Shown: positions 44,643 to 59,600 of the stretch, piece by piece
Numbering within the stretch: the stretch's first letter is position 1
How the letters are laid out: every line of letters starts with the position of its first letter
From: Octopus bimaculoides
Lineage: Eukaryota
Direction: 5' to 3'
DNA length: 64,000 bases
NCBI RefSeq assembly: GCF_001194135.2
Contig: NC_068986.1
Coordinates: forward strand, 44,687,319 to 44,751,318
Translations under genes and position numbers: made by a program
The notes under the pieces: generated by a model
What the model was told of the DNA's origin: nothing
Database searches by the model: none
Seen by the model: only the letters and a program-made list of their open reading frames with translations

Positions 44643-47600
44643 NNNNNNNNNNNNNNNNNNNNNNNNNNNNNNNNNNNNNNNNNNNNNNNNNNNNNNNNNN
44701 NNNNNNNNNNNNNNNNNNNNNNNNNNNNNNNNNNNNNNNNNNNNNNNNNNNNNNNNNNNNNNNNNNNNNNNNNNNNNNNNNNNNNNNNNNNNNNNNNNNN
44801 NNNNNNNNNNNNNNNNNNNNNNNNNNNNNNNNNNNNNNNNNNNNNNNNNNNNNNNNNNNNNNNNNNNNNNNNNNNNNNNNNNNNNNNNNNNNNNNNNNNN
44901 NNNNNNNNNNNNNNNNNNNNNNNNNNNNNNNNNNNNNNNNNNNNNNNNNNNNNNNNNNNNNNNNNNNNNNNNNNNNNNNNNNNNNNNNNNNNNNNNNNNN
45001 NNNNNNNNNNNNNNNNNNNNNNNNNNNNNNNNNNNNNNNNNNNNNNNNNNNNNNNNNNNNNNNNNNNNNNNNNNNNNNNNNNNNNNNNNNNNNNNNNNNN
45101 NNNNNNNNNNNNNNNNNNNNNNNNNNNNNNNNNNNNNNNNNNNNNNNNNNNNNNNNNNNNNNNNNNNNNNNNNNNNNNNACATTGGATATCAGTTCACCA
45201 GACACTGAAGTACAAACTACAGAGACATTGGATATCAGTACACCAGACACTGAAGTACTAACTACAAAAACATCAGATGTCAGTAGACTAGATACTGAAG
45301 TACAACCTACAGAAATACCAGATATCAGAACAGCAGACATTAAAGTACTAACTACAGAGGCATCAGATATCAGTACACCAGACACTGAAGTACAAACTAC
45401 AGAAATACCGGATATCAGTATGCCAGATACTGAAGTACTAACTACAGAGGCATTGGATATCAGTATGCCAGGCACTGAAGTACAAACTAGAGAAATATCA
45501 GATATCAGTATACCAAACACTGAAGTACAAACTACAGAAATACCAGATATCAGTTTGCCAGACACAGAAATACAAACTACAGAGACATTGGATATAAGTA
45601 CACCAGACACTGAAATACAAACTACAGAGTCACCAGACACTGAAGTACAAACTACAGAGTCACCAGACACTGAAGTACAAACTACAGAGACATTGGATAT
45701 CAGTACACCAGACACTGAAGTACTAACTACAAAAACATCAGATGTCAGTAGACTAGATACTGAAGTACAACCTACAGAAATACCAGATATCAGAACAGCA
45801 GACATTAAAGTACTATCTACAGAGACAGCAGATATCAGTATGCCAGACACAGAAGTGCTAACTACAGACACTAAACTACTAACTACAAAGACACTAGATC
45901 TCAGTACACTAGATACTAAAGTACTAACTACAAAAAGGCCTGATATCAGTACACCAGACACTAAAGTACTAACTACAGTGACATCAGATACCAGTACACC
46001 AGATACTGAAGTTCTAACTACAAGAAGACTAGATATCAGTACATCTGACACTAAGGTAATAAGTACAGAGGCAGCAGATATTAGTATACCTGACACTAAA
46101 GTATTAACTGCAAAGACATCTGTCTCTACACTGGACACTAAAGCACTAACTACAAAGACATTGGATCTCAGTACACCAGATGCCAAAGTATTGACTGCAG
46201 AGAGATTGGGTGTCAGTACAACAGATATTGGAGTGGTAATTACAGGAAGACCAGCTTTCAGTACACCAGACACTAAAATACTAACTACAAAAACATCACA
46301 TATCTGTACAGTAGATGCTAAAGTAATAACTACAGCGAGAGTAGATATCAGTACAGCACAGAGTGAAGTACTATCTAACATAACAGATGTAAGTCCTATA
46401 TTCAGTGAAGTGTTATCTATAGACATATCTACAGAGTCACCAGATGCCAGTACTATGCATGGTGAAGTACAGTCTATAGAGATACTAGGCATTAGTACTG
46501 TACATGGTGAAGTGTTATCTACTGGGAAACGAGATCACTGTACTGAATGCACTGATCTAGTATCAACAGAGAAACCACATATCAGCATTGTACATAGTGA
46601 AGTGTTATCTATAGAAAAACAATATCTAACTACTGTACATAGTACAGTACTATTTACAGATGAATCATATGTGAGTACTATGCACAGTGAAATACTATCT
46701 ACAGAAAGACCAGATTTCAGTGTTGTGCATAGTGAAATACTATCTTCAACATTACCAGATTACCATACTCTACATTTTGAAGTATTATCTACAGAGGTAC
46801 CACATGTCAGTACTGAACATAGTAAAGCAGTATCTACGAAGAAACCAGATGTCAGTACTATACATAGTGAAGTACAGTCTACAGGAGGATCAGATGTAAG
46901 TACTGAACATAGTATAGTACAGTTTACAGAGGGACCAGATGTCAGTACTATACATAGTGAAGTACAGTCTACAGAGGGACCTGATATCAGTACTATACAT
47001 AGTGAAATACAGTCTACAGAGGAACTTGATGTCAGTACTATATATAGTGAAGTACAGTCTACAGAGGGACCTGATATCAGTACTATCCATAGTGAAATAC
47101 AGTCTACAGAGGGACCTGATGTCAGTACTATATATAGTGAAGTACATTCTGCTGAGGAACCTGATGTCAGTACTAAACATAGTGAAGTACAGCCTACAAA
47201 GCGACCAGATGTCAGTATTGTACACAGTGAAATACATTATATAGATGAACCAGATGTCAGTACTATACATAGTGAAATACAGTTTACAGAGCCAGGTGTC
47301 AGTACTATGCATAGTGAAGTGCATTCGACAGACAGACCAGATGTCAGTACTATATGTAGTGAAGTATATTCTACAGAGGGCCCTGATGCCAGTGCTATAC
47401 ATAGTGAATTACAGTCTACAGAGGGATCTGATGTCAGTACTCTACATAGTGATGTACATTCTACAGATGGACCAGATGCCAGTACTGTACATAGTGAAGT
47501 ACATTCTACACATGGACCTGATGACAGTACTATACATAGTGAGGTACAGTCTACAGAGGGATCTGATGTCAGTATTGTACATAGTGATGTACATTCTACA

Positions 47601-50600
47601 GATGGACAAGATGCCAGTACTGTACATAGTGAAGTACAGTTTACAGAAGGATCTAATGTCAGTACTGTACATAGTAAATTACATTATATTGATGACCCAG
47701 ATGCCACTACTATACATAGTGATGTACATTCTACAGATGGACCAAACGCCAGCACTATACATAGTAAAGTACAGTTTACAGAGGGATCTGATATTAGTAC
47801 TGTACATAGTGAAATACTTTCTACAGAGGAACCTGATATCAGTACTATACATAGTGAAGCACAGTCTACAGAGAGACCAGCTATCAGTACTATACATAGT
47901 GAAGTATATTCTATAGATGGACCAGATGTCAAAACAATATACAGTGATGTGATATCTACAAAGAGACCAGATGCTAGTACTGTACATAGTAAAATAAAAT
48001 TTATAGAGACATCAGATATTAGTACTGAACACAGTGAATTAATGTCTCCAGTGACACCAAATGTTAGCACTGTACATAGTGCAGTACAATTTATAGAGAC
48101 ACCAGATGTTAGTACTGTAAGAAGTGAAATTCAATCTATAGAAACACCAGATGTTAGTACTGTACATAGGGAAATACTATCTGCACAAAGATCAGAATCC
48201 CATTCACATGCCATAACACCACACAGTAAATTTTTGTATACAATGACACCAGAAACCTATTCACGTATTAGCATTGAACAAATATCTACAAAGAAACCAG
48301 ATCTTATTATTATACATAGTGAAGTACTGTATACAAAGAGAGCAGATGACAGTACGCTAGAGATTGGAGTACTCTCCACAGAGACCCCAGATGTCAGTAC
48401 TAAATACACAGAAGTGATATCTACTGAGAAACTATATCTAACTACTGTATATAGTGAAATTTTGTCTTCAAAAAGGCCAGATTTCGGTACCATACAAACC
48501 AAAGAATTATCAACAGAGAGACCAGATGTTATTACTGTAGACAGTGAAGTGTTTTTTACACAGCTATCAGATCTCAGTATTCAATATAGCAAATTATTAT
48601 CTACAGAGAAACGAGCAGTCAGTACTATAGACAGTGATGTTCAATCTAGAGGGAGTGCAGCAATATTATCTACAGAGATACTAGAAGATGCTATTCTACA
48701 CAGTGAAGTACTTTCTACAGAGAAGCCAGATGTTAGTATTGCACACAGTGAAGTACCATCTACAGAGAGAATGGATGACAACATTGTATACAGTGAAGTG
48801 ATATCTACAGAGATTCCAAAAATCAGTAGTGAACATATTGAAGTACTAGCTACAGAGATAGGAGATGACAGTGCAATACATACTGATGTGCTATCTACAG
48901 AGATACCAGATATCAGTACTGTACACACCGATATGTTATCTACAGAGAGTTCAGATGCAAGTACTCTACACAGTAAAATACTATTTATAGACAGACCAGA
49001 TCTCAGTACTACACAAACTGAAGAGCTATCATTAGATAGGGAAGATATCAGTACTGAAGTAATATCAGAGATACCAAAAACATATTCACATGTTAGGACT
49101 GAATTCAGTGAAGTAATTCTATCTTCAAAAAAATTTGAAACATATTCACATGTAAGTGCTGTACATAGTGAAGTATTATCTACAGAAAGATCAGGATCCT
49201 ATTCACAAGTCCATACACTAGATAGTGAAACATTATGTACAGTAATAGCAGAAATGTATTCACATAGCCATTCTGCATTTAGTGAAGTACCATCAGCAGA
49301 GAGGCTAGATCTGTATACAATATATATTGAAATACCATCTACGAAGAGACCAGGTATTGTTTCAGAACATGATAAAGTACTCTCTACAGGAAAACCAGTT
49401 GTCATTACAGTAGACCATGAACTAGTATCCATAGAGAGATCAGAAAGTTATTCACACTACAAAACAAATATGTCTACATTTACAATGTCTACAGGAAGTC
49501 AAGAATGGTATCTGCATATTAGTACTGTTGAGAGTGAAATGTTTTCCACAAAGAGACCACTGGAAGGTTATCCACACATCACATATGGTATATTTGAATT
49601 TGTCACGAAAAGACTAGACAAACATCCTCAAATCAGCATGGATGTGAGTGATATAATTTCCACAGAAACATCAGAAAACTATTCACAGATTAGCTCTGTT
49701 GAGAGAGAAGTGCTATTAACAAAGAAACCAGATAATTATTCTGTCAGCAGCATAGAAACCGATGTGTTCTTGGTAGAGCACCCTACAAATTATTCATATG
49801 TTTGTACTGTAGAGAGAGAAGTGTTTTCTACAGAAACATCAAAGCTCTATTCAGATAACAGTACCCTAGAGACATATATACATACTACAGAGAAACTAAA
49901 GCTTGATTTACATGGTAGCACTGCAGTGATACAAGTGTTTACTAAAGATGAATTAGAAAGGTATTCACCTGTCAGTTCTACAGAAAGCAATGTTTTTACT
50001 ACAGGAAGGAAAAAAGATTTACATATCAGTAGTGTAGGCAGTGAAATATTTTCTACAATAAAACCAGAATATTATTCACGTTCTAGTCCATATGGAGTAT
50101 ATGAGATTTCTATAACAAAGTCAGTCAACTATTCCTATATTATTACAGATATCATTGATATTATTTCAACTCAGAGACCAGAAAATTATTCTCGTATTAT
50201 TGAAGCAAAAGATATGTTTCCAGTAAAACCAGAAAATTATTCCTATGTTAGCACGAGTGTTATTTATGTATCCTCCACAGAGAGAAAATCAAATTTTTCA
50301 TACATTTGTACTTTGGAAAGAGCTGTCACTTCCAGAGTAAAAACAGAAAGTCATTCATACATTAGTTTTCAAGACAGAGATGTATTTTCTACAAAAACAT
50401 CAGTAGATTATTCCCATATCAGTACAGGTAAAATTGATATTTTAACTACAGGTAAGCAAGCAAAATCTCCACCAATTGACTCAGTAGAGAGTTATATATT
50501 TACTATGGGAAAATCAAAAGTGGGTTCATATGTTAGTACATATGATACAGATGTGTTTCTTACACAAAAACCAACAAATCATTCACATCTTATTATCTTA

Positions 50601-53600
50601 GAAGGTGATGTGATTTCAACAGCAAAAACAGAAGATTATTTATTTAAGACAGACAACTTTTCTACAGAATATTCACATGTAGTTACTGTAGAAATTGAAG
50701 AATTTTCAACTGAGAAACCAAAGAAATTTTCACATATCAGTGCATATGATATTGGTGGTTTTTCAACAAAAGGACAAATAAAACATTCAGTTGTCAGAAC
50801 AGTTGTCACTGATATGACCTCAACGTACAGAGAATTAAGTCATTCTTTTGGTCCCACTATAGAAAGTGAAGGAAGTTTTACAGACAGATTAGAAACAGAT
50901 CTGGACATAGTACATGAGAGAGATTTGTTTATTACAAAGAAGCCAGAGAATGTCAGTAGTGATTTAATAGAGAAGTTAATATCAAGATCATCAAAATATT
51001 ATTCATATGCCAGAACTGATATTATTACTGTATTTTCTACAATGAGTCCTAAACATTTTTCACATATAATCACTGCAGAGAGAGACATTCTTTCTACAAA
51101 GAAGCAAGAAAATGATTCATATATCAGCAAGAATCTAATAGAGGAATATTCTTCATACAAACCTGAAAACTATTCCTATGCTAGTACTGAAGAGACTGAA
51201 GAAGAGTTTTCTACAAGGAAATCAGAACATTACAGTAATGTAAAAAGTGAGATATTTTCTCTTGACAAAGTGGAACATGAGTCACATATCAGTACAGATA
51301 TTGTATATGAGTCTTCAACATGGAATCCAGAATATTACACCTATATCAGTACAGATCTCATCGGTGTATTTTCCACTCTTACACGAGGAATATTATTGAT
51401 TCTTTATCCCAGTTATCAAACAAGCCATCCATATACTGATGAACCAATATCAATCATACCATCATTTAATGATACACCAAGAAATCATTCATATCCTATA
51501 TTGTCACTTCCTCATTTCCCCCCTGAATCAAGCACAACAATTAAATATATATACCTTTCCAATGTAACGGCTAATATTACAGATGTCAGTTTATCTAAAT
51601 TTAACTTAACCCTTCATTATATCTTAAGTAATTTTTCTCAACAGCTTATTACAGCAGATAAAATTTTTGACTATATTAAAAAGAAATATCCATACATGAA
51701 TACATCTATGATTGACGTATTTTTAACAAATATTTTAACAAACTATTCTCATCTTTTTCAAATGATTTCCAAGATACCATACAGTAGAACAACTCCAAAA
51801 TCTTGGATGCTAAGTAAATCTACTAGTGCAGACTATTTACAACTCAGTAGTATCAAGACTTATATATCTTCAGAAAATGTCTCACTAGACTCATTATATC
51901 CCAGTAATGCATCAGTTGAGGTATCAACAGATTATGCCGATTATATAATGTATCTGCATCATATTGAAATGACTACACATACACCATTTCAACCTGACGA
52001 CGACAGATATATATTTTATAATGCAACACCTATGTATGCATTTATTGACAGCCTTCTAATAACTTCTTCCAGCTTTACCTATGATTACAAACCTCAAAGA
52101 AAGATCCAAACATCAACTGATTATGATTGGCATTTTACTAGTGGAATAAAATCTATACTCTTTACTACAAATATAATGGACACATTTTACATATATGTCA
52201 CAGCACCAAGTATATTTACTACACTGGTAATAAAATATTCATATGCCAATATGACAAGAGAAATAACATTGGATAAAGTTCAGATTAATAAGACAGATAC
52301 AGAGGTTTCCATAAGTTATCTATCAGAATATACAGACCAAAGTGATGAATTGACAACAGTATCAACCAGTTACATTAGCTTAGAAGATTCATATAATGAT
52401 GACATGATGAAAAAAATTAGGGATGATATCCATACAAAATATTTAACAAGGAAACACACAACACAGATGCCACCATATTATATCAGTATAACATATCGTG
52501 GCATAAAATATACACAAGAGCATATCTCCTCAGGTTTTGTTAGCACAATATACTTAGATATGATAGACACAGCACAGATATCAGAGGAAAACATTACTCA
52601 TTATCCAGATATTACAATATCAGAGATACATGCAAGTTATATCAGTACAGAAGATACAGATGGAAATTACACAAGAGAAAAACCACCCAAAACTACAAAT
52701 ATAATATATGGAGATATGAAACATTTAGGGATGGACACATTGTCGGATTATTTTACCATAAAATATTTGACTGGAAAATACTCTACATTTACTATATCAC
52801 CAATTGATAATGATACAAAGTATTCAGATCTACAAAGTACAGAAACAGAGATAATCACAGATTATTACAACATATATTCAGATATGAAAGATCTAGAAAT
52901 AGAAGAGACATCATCAACATATATAAGTACAATTGATCCAAGTTTGAATATATCATCAGTCACAACAAATATAACAATTATGCCATTATTTACAAACTTA
53001 AGTACAATATATATTGATAGGAAAGATATCACAAATATAACAGTGGAATATGTCTACTCAGTACATACAGATATGAAAAATATCACAACAGAAATAACAT
53101 CTGAAGATACTGATACAAAATATTTTGATATGAAAAATATATCAATGATGCCACTGGATGATACCACAATGAGTTTAATGCATACATATGTAACAGATGA
53201 ACCAATAAAAATATCAGAGTATGTCAGTATGAAATATGATGTGGCAGATACAATATCAGAGATATCAGATCACAGTAGTAAAAGATATTCAGAGAGACAT
53301 TTTACAACACTAGAAATGTCATTAGACTCTACCATCCCAATATATTCAGATAAAAAATATGTAACAAGAATATTATCTCTTAATATCAGTACAATATATG
53401 TAGATATAAAACAGACATTAACAAGAATATTATCAGATGATATAAAACCAATATATTCAACTATAAAAGACATGACATCATCAAAACTCATACCCGATGA
53501 CATTAGTGCCATTTATCATGATGTGAAAGATACAAGAAAGATATCAACAAATTATTCTTATATAAAATCTTCTGATACAATATTACAAGCATTTGATTAC

Positions 53601-56600
53601 GACACTTTAAAATATATGACCACCACAATAACAGATACATCCTCTTATGGTATCAGCAAAATATATTCTGATATAAAGAATATAACATCTGTTGTACCAC
53701 CAGATTATAGTACAATACATTCTATTGTGAAACATATAAAAACAGAGATATCAGATGATTACAAAGGTATAAAATATCTGGATATAATAGATATTACAAC
53801 ATTAACAGACTCAGACTATGTAAGTGTTATGCGTGCAGCAACACACTATCAAACACCAGGCATATCTCTCTATTACAATACTAAATATCCACAACTGAAG
53901 GAAATAGCAACTAAAATATCATCAGACTATAAGAAATATTCAGACATAATAGATATTACAACAGAAGTATCTTCAATCTTTATATATACAACAGAAGGTT
54001 TAATGTACACCAGTTCAAAATATTTAGATATAAAAAGGATAACAGAAACCTTATACTCAAAAATCAGTGCTACAGGAACAAAGATACTGTTCTATCAAAT
54101 ATCAACAGTATATCCATTGATTGAAAAGTCAGTAGCAATATTTCATGACACTTCAAGTAAATATCCTGATTTCAGGGACACATCTGTGAATATATCACAT
54201 GATTACATCGTTGCAAGATATCTTTATATGACCAACTCATCAACATCATTATATGATTATACGCCAATAAAATATTCATTTATTAGTGACAAAAAATCAC
54301 CCAAAATTATAGCCAAAACAATAAGCAGTATTCCAATGGATCAACTAATTAACTATACATCTACAATAGATATACATAAGCAATATAACATTTCGAAAAT
54401 ACTACATTATATTACTATAAGTTATTCATATTTTAGTGATATATCCAGCAAAATACCAAGTGATTATGTCACTATAAAGGACTTGGATTTTAAACATACA
54501 AAAGAAGAGTTATCATCAGATTTTCCCATTACAAAATCTTTTCTTTACAGTTACATAACAAACATCTCACTTGAACAATTATCTATTAGATATTCTGATA
54601 TTGAGGACATAAGTTGGAAGACACCATCAGATTCCTTCCCTATGTTGTATTCACATACCAAGAGCCCTAAACATGACATGACAAAACAACATGTTTATAC
54701 CAGCAGTTTAGAAGCTATTTCAACTGATAAAATAATGACAAAATATTTTGACCTGAAGAGAAGGACCACAGATATAGTGTCACAACAAGCAAATATTTCA
54801 GATCTTATTGTTACAACCAGAGAGAGATATTCTTATCCTTTAGCCAGAACATATTTATACTTTATTGGGCCTACAAATGACTCATTTTATAGTGACAGAT
54901 CAAAAGATGTATTTTACTCTAAAATCGACTCATATCAAAATGAAACTAAAACTATACACTGTTCATCATTTATATTATCTACCTCTATGCCAATTAAGGA
55001 TTCATATCATAGTAGTATGACATGGGAGATATCCTCCTCTTATATACCTAATCTCTTTTTATTTACTAGTACTGGAACATCCCAAGAATTAACTTCAAAG
55101 GATTTATATTATAATGATACAAAATATTTAACCTATTTCACACCTATGTTGTATCCATATACCAGTGATGTAACAGCAAAGATATCATCTAGTTATCTCC
55201 CTACAGATTTTCTAACTACAGAATTATTGTACTTAAGTAAAACATATACTTTAAAAGATGCAACTAAAATATATGATACAAAATATATATATATTACAGA
55301 ATTGACAACAATTATATATGCTTATATATCCCCAAAATACATAGATGATATCAACACAACTGAGATAATTTATCATATTCAACCAAAATACTATTATGAA
55401 TCAGTAACAGTATCTCAATTCACACTGACAAATTATTCATATTATAACAAAACAAAATTGGTAATATCCCCCAGTTATATGGCTATAAATGATTCCTATC
55501 TTAGTGACATGTCAACAAAAATACAATATTTTACATATACAAAATTTATATATCATATTGTAACACCAGAGACATTTTATTTTAAAACATCAGTATATTC
55601 ATATCATAAGAAAATGACCACAAGTGATATCTCAATAAATGTGTATGATGCATTAACAAATCCTTTGTACCATAGCGACACAGCCACAGACATAGGAGAT
55701 CATTATATATCTACAAGTGAGATAAGTGAAATAATAGCCAAGAAAACAATTTATTATGTATCTTCAAAACACCTAGACATGAAGCAAAAAACAACAGGAA
55801 TAATATTTTACTACACTTTCAAAAGCTATTTAGATTTAACAACTGAAAAACTTACTGACTATTTACAACATATTACAACTCTACCATTTTCAAAATACCC
55901 TCTGGAAAGTAACACTTCAAAACAAATATACTATGCCTACATCTCTACAAACACTCCATACTTTAGTACTGTTACAATAGTCTTATCTCTTGATAGCACC
56001 TCAGCAAACTATTCTGAATACTCAAGTAAACAAATGAAACAGCCATCTGCGTTGAAGTCCCAATATCCAGCCTTTACTAGTTTTATAAAAGATACTATCT
56101 TCAGTAATGCATCTGAAGATTATACACATTTCAGTGATAAAATGCTAACTACATCATCAGATTACCTTCTAATGTCTGATAAACATGTAAAAATAATACA
56201 TGAAATATCTGATGTAATTAGTAACTATTCTTTTATTAGTAGCACTTTATTTCAAATTATTGCAACTTTCCAATCTAATGATACATTGGAGTCCTTACAT
56301 CATAGCTTTAGAAGTAATACAAGCCATTTATCTTCCCCAGTCAGCATGTTGCATGCAAACATTTCCCAGTTTTATATTTCCCAACAAAAATCAATATTTT
56401 CTGATAACATTTCTACAATCAAAGACTTATTACCAAGCTTTAACTATACAACATATTCTTCTGTTGCTAAATATGTTTTCCTAGATGATAAACAAACAAA
56501 TATGATGCTGTCTTCTTATGTTGATACAAATTACTCACATACTTATCAAATAACAACAGAGATATCTGTGGAATATCAGAGCACAGATTATTCATATTAT

Positions 56601-59600
56601 ACTGGAATGACTGCCAGAATATTGCCTGATAATCTCACCAAAAGTTATTTTCATTATAGTGGATTAATAAAAAAATTTCCTGATTACTCTACAAGTGATT
56701 CCTGGCATACTAAAATAGTTACAACACTATCCATTGATTACTCTCCAACAAAATATTTACAAGCTACTGGAAAAACTACTATATTTCCTAGTTATCTTAC
56801 TACAACTTACTTCCATTATCATAGACCAAAAACAAACCTATCTTCAGGTTATTCTTCTTCAAACTATACAAAATTTCCTACAATACCATCCAATATTATT
56901 ACAGACCTTTCACACCATACTGTATTAAAAACATATATACTACATAATTTCACTAATACAAAGTATTTAATGACTACATATCAATCATTTAATTATATTA
57001 TATTGAACTATTTGACTCATAGAGACATACCTTTATATACAACATCAGATTATACAACAGTAAATTACTTTTACACATCCACACCTATTGCAACTGACTA
57101 TATAAATACAATGCACTCATATGTAAGTGAAACTTCAACACAGTTATTTTATGTCACACTGAATGATTCACAAGTTAGTGGAATGTATTTACACATATTC
57201 CCAGACTATTCCATATTCAACTATTCATATATTAGTAATATGTCAAAAGAAATAACAAGTTATGTTACAAATCAATACTCTCCACACAAGTACTTCTCAA
57301 CAACAGAAGCATTTTTTGATGATATCTTGAGTAATTATTCTAAATATACACAACTGGCTATGTCTACTGCACATCACAGCTTTTATATTGGAACAAATTA
57401 TTCTCAAATTAGTACATTAAGTGATATCATTCTTACAAAACAATCAACTACCTATCTCTACCATATAAACACAACCAGAAATGTATCATTAGACTACATT
57501 CACATATCATATACATACTATCCATTAATAACTACTAACATTAGTTCTTACCTTACACACAAAGTCAGTGAAGTATCTCCTATTAGTCCTTTCCTTCCTG
57601 GCACAATGATAGACAGTTCTTATCATACACCTCTTGCTCCAGAATTAGATGATACAATTTTATTTGAACCACCAACAATATTTCCACATGTTTTATCAAC
57701 AGAGGTATTGTTTAGTTATAGCTTTCCCAACTTGTCTTACTCAAGCAATACAACTATATATGATAATATGTCAATAGAATACTTAAAAATCAAAGAACTA
57801 ACAACATCAAAGATATCCTATCTCTTTTCTCCTACTAAAGAATGGCCAAATAATTATACTTTAGACAAAAAAGACTTTGAAATAGATTTGAGGGCTTCGT
57901 TTGAGTTTAGTTCAGTAACAACAACAGCTCTGAGTAAAATTACATACACTTCTTTATTTGAAGACAAATTAATTGATACTACCGTACTTATAGATAAATT
58001 AACTGACAAGTCATTATATACACATACCCAAAGTGTATTCATAAAGCCATCTACACAAAGCATTTCATCACAAGCATCTCAGATATTATTTACCAGTCTA
58101 ACAAAGGAAATATCCTACATCCATACGTTATTTAACATAACACATGAGAAATATCAAGTTGGATTGACAGAACAAACATATTTTCTTATTTATGCTATTT
58201 TATCAAGAACTACATCAAAAAGTAAACCATTTCTCTTGTTAAATGGAACAGTGACTGATAGCATATTAACTACAACAGATAGTCCAGTATCAAACACATC
58301 TTTAGAAATTATTCTGCCAGCAGATAAGACAACTTTCAATTGGTCAGTTAACGTAACAATTTTACATATGCCAACAAAGCTAACCTCTATTAGTTCTCAA
58401 CAAATTATGCAGACTAAGAAAACAATATCACATTTAATTACAGTTAAAGCACCTTTAAAAGAAACAAGTTTTTTTTATTCACATTACACTCTGCCCAAAC
58501 ATGCTTCCAGTACTGCTATTTTCCATGTAAGTCTAGTAGATATACCATATCAAATATCAACTGAAAATATTATTAGTATTAAGATGACAGATGATTCTTT
58601 AATTGATAGGAGTGGGAAAATCTACTTACTAACAGTAATAATAGAAAAATCAACAGCCATTATTTTACCTGAGATTAAATCTGACAGCAGTGTATTTATA
58701 CAAAATATTTCAACAACTCAACCAGAAATTTATGATATAGACATGGAAAGACAAACTGAAAGCAAGAAACTAACATTAAACAAAACATTAGGTGTAAAAG
58801 CTAGACATGTTCACAATGTGTCAAGTAGTACAAAACCTTGGCAAAAGTTTCTCCCTTTACTAACAACTTTTCAAATGGGACAGAGCAATATTTCTGATTT
58901 GGCAATCAAAACAACCACAGTCTTCTTAGATATGGAACTTAAAAAATACCCTTTCAAAAGTCATATAACATTTACTGGAATTTCAGATTTGGGTGATAGT
59001 TCGTCTGTTACTGAAATATTACAGGCAACTCACTGGGAAACAATAATACATCCTAAAGAATATGTAAATACTTCATTCATTTACAAACCTGATAAGAATT
59101 TCACACAAGAAGTTAGAGCATCAGCTGGCATATACAAGCAAAAGGAAGACGAAGAACTATTTGATAAAACAACCATGCTACTTTTTAAAAAAATTACTCC
59201 TATAATTAGTGTAATTACACAGTCACTGACCAGTTATCAGTATCAATCTATAACACCTATGATTGTAAAGCTGGAAAGAATAGTTACTCCAATATATGCA
59301 ACTGTAACATTGCCACACTCTCAGCCAAAAATATACTTCAGTCCAATATTGGAAACTTCAAGCAAGTTCTATGACAGTTCTATTTTATTTGGTTTCATAA
59401 CTGACAGAATGTCAAAAGGATACATCAGAGCAATGACAAGTACACATGTTGTACTTGTTCGAAGGACAACTGTTCCCTCTATAACAGTGACAAAGGAAAT
59501 TTTTAAAACCTTGAAACTTTATAAAACTTATGACTTTTATACTTCACTCACTTCTGAAACATCATTATCAACAGACCCTGTAGAATTATCCTCCTTCAAG

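Noticed and set aside
39959-45183. ORFs made mostly of X (39968..40180, 39959..40237, 44596..45183)
   Set aside because: They are artefacts of translating N runs.
45180-45261. C-terminus HWISVHQTLKY... and stop of ORF 100..45261, and the 'start' at 45183
   Set aside because: This is out-of-frame reading of the PDTEV repeat after a mis-sized gap. 45183 is a TTG Leu codon within the repeat.
42951-46492. Long minus-strand ORFs (560 and 624 aa, SVSGVLISD repeats), and likewise 22842..23630, 24642..25523, 25983..26606 and 61264..61920
   Set aside because: They coincide exactly with homogeneous arrays, where one stop-free unit makes the whole antisense frame open. They close as soon as the array degenerates, so they are shadow ORFs.
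51357-51416. Possible transmembrane helix LIGVFSTLTRGILLILYPSY
   Set aside because: It is interrupted by Ser/Thr/Arg, only marginally hydrophobic, and followed by more than 4,000 aa of the same sequon-rich sequence. It is not supportable without a predictor.
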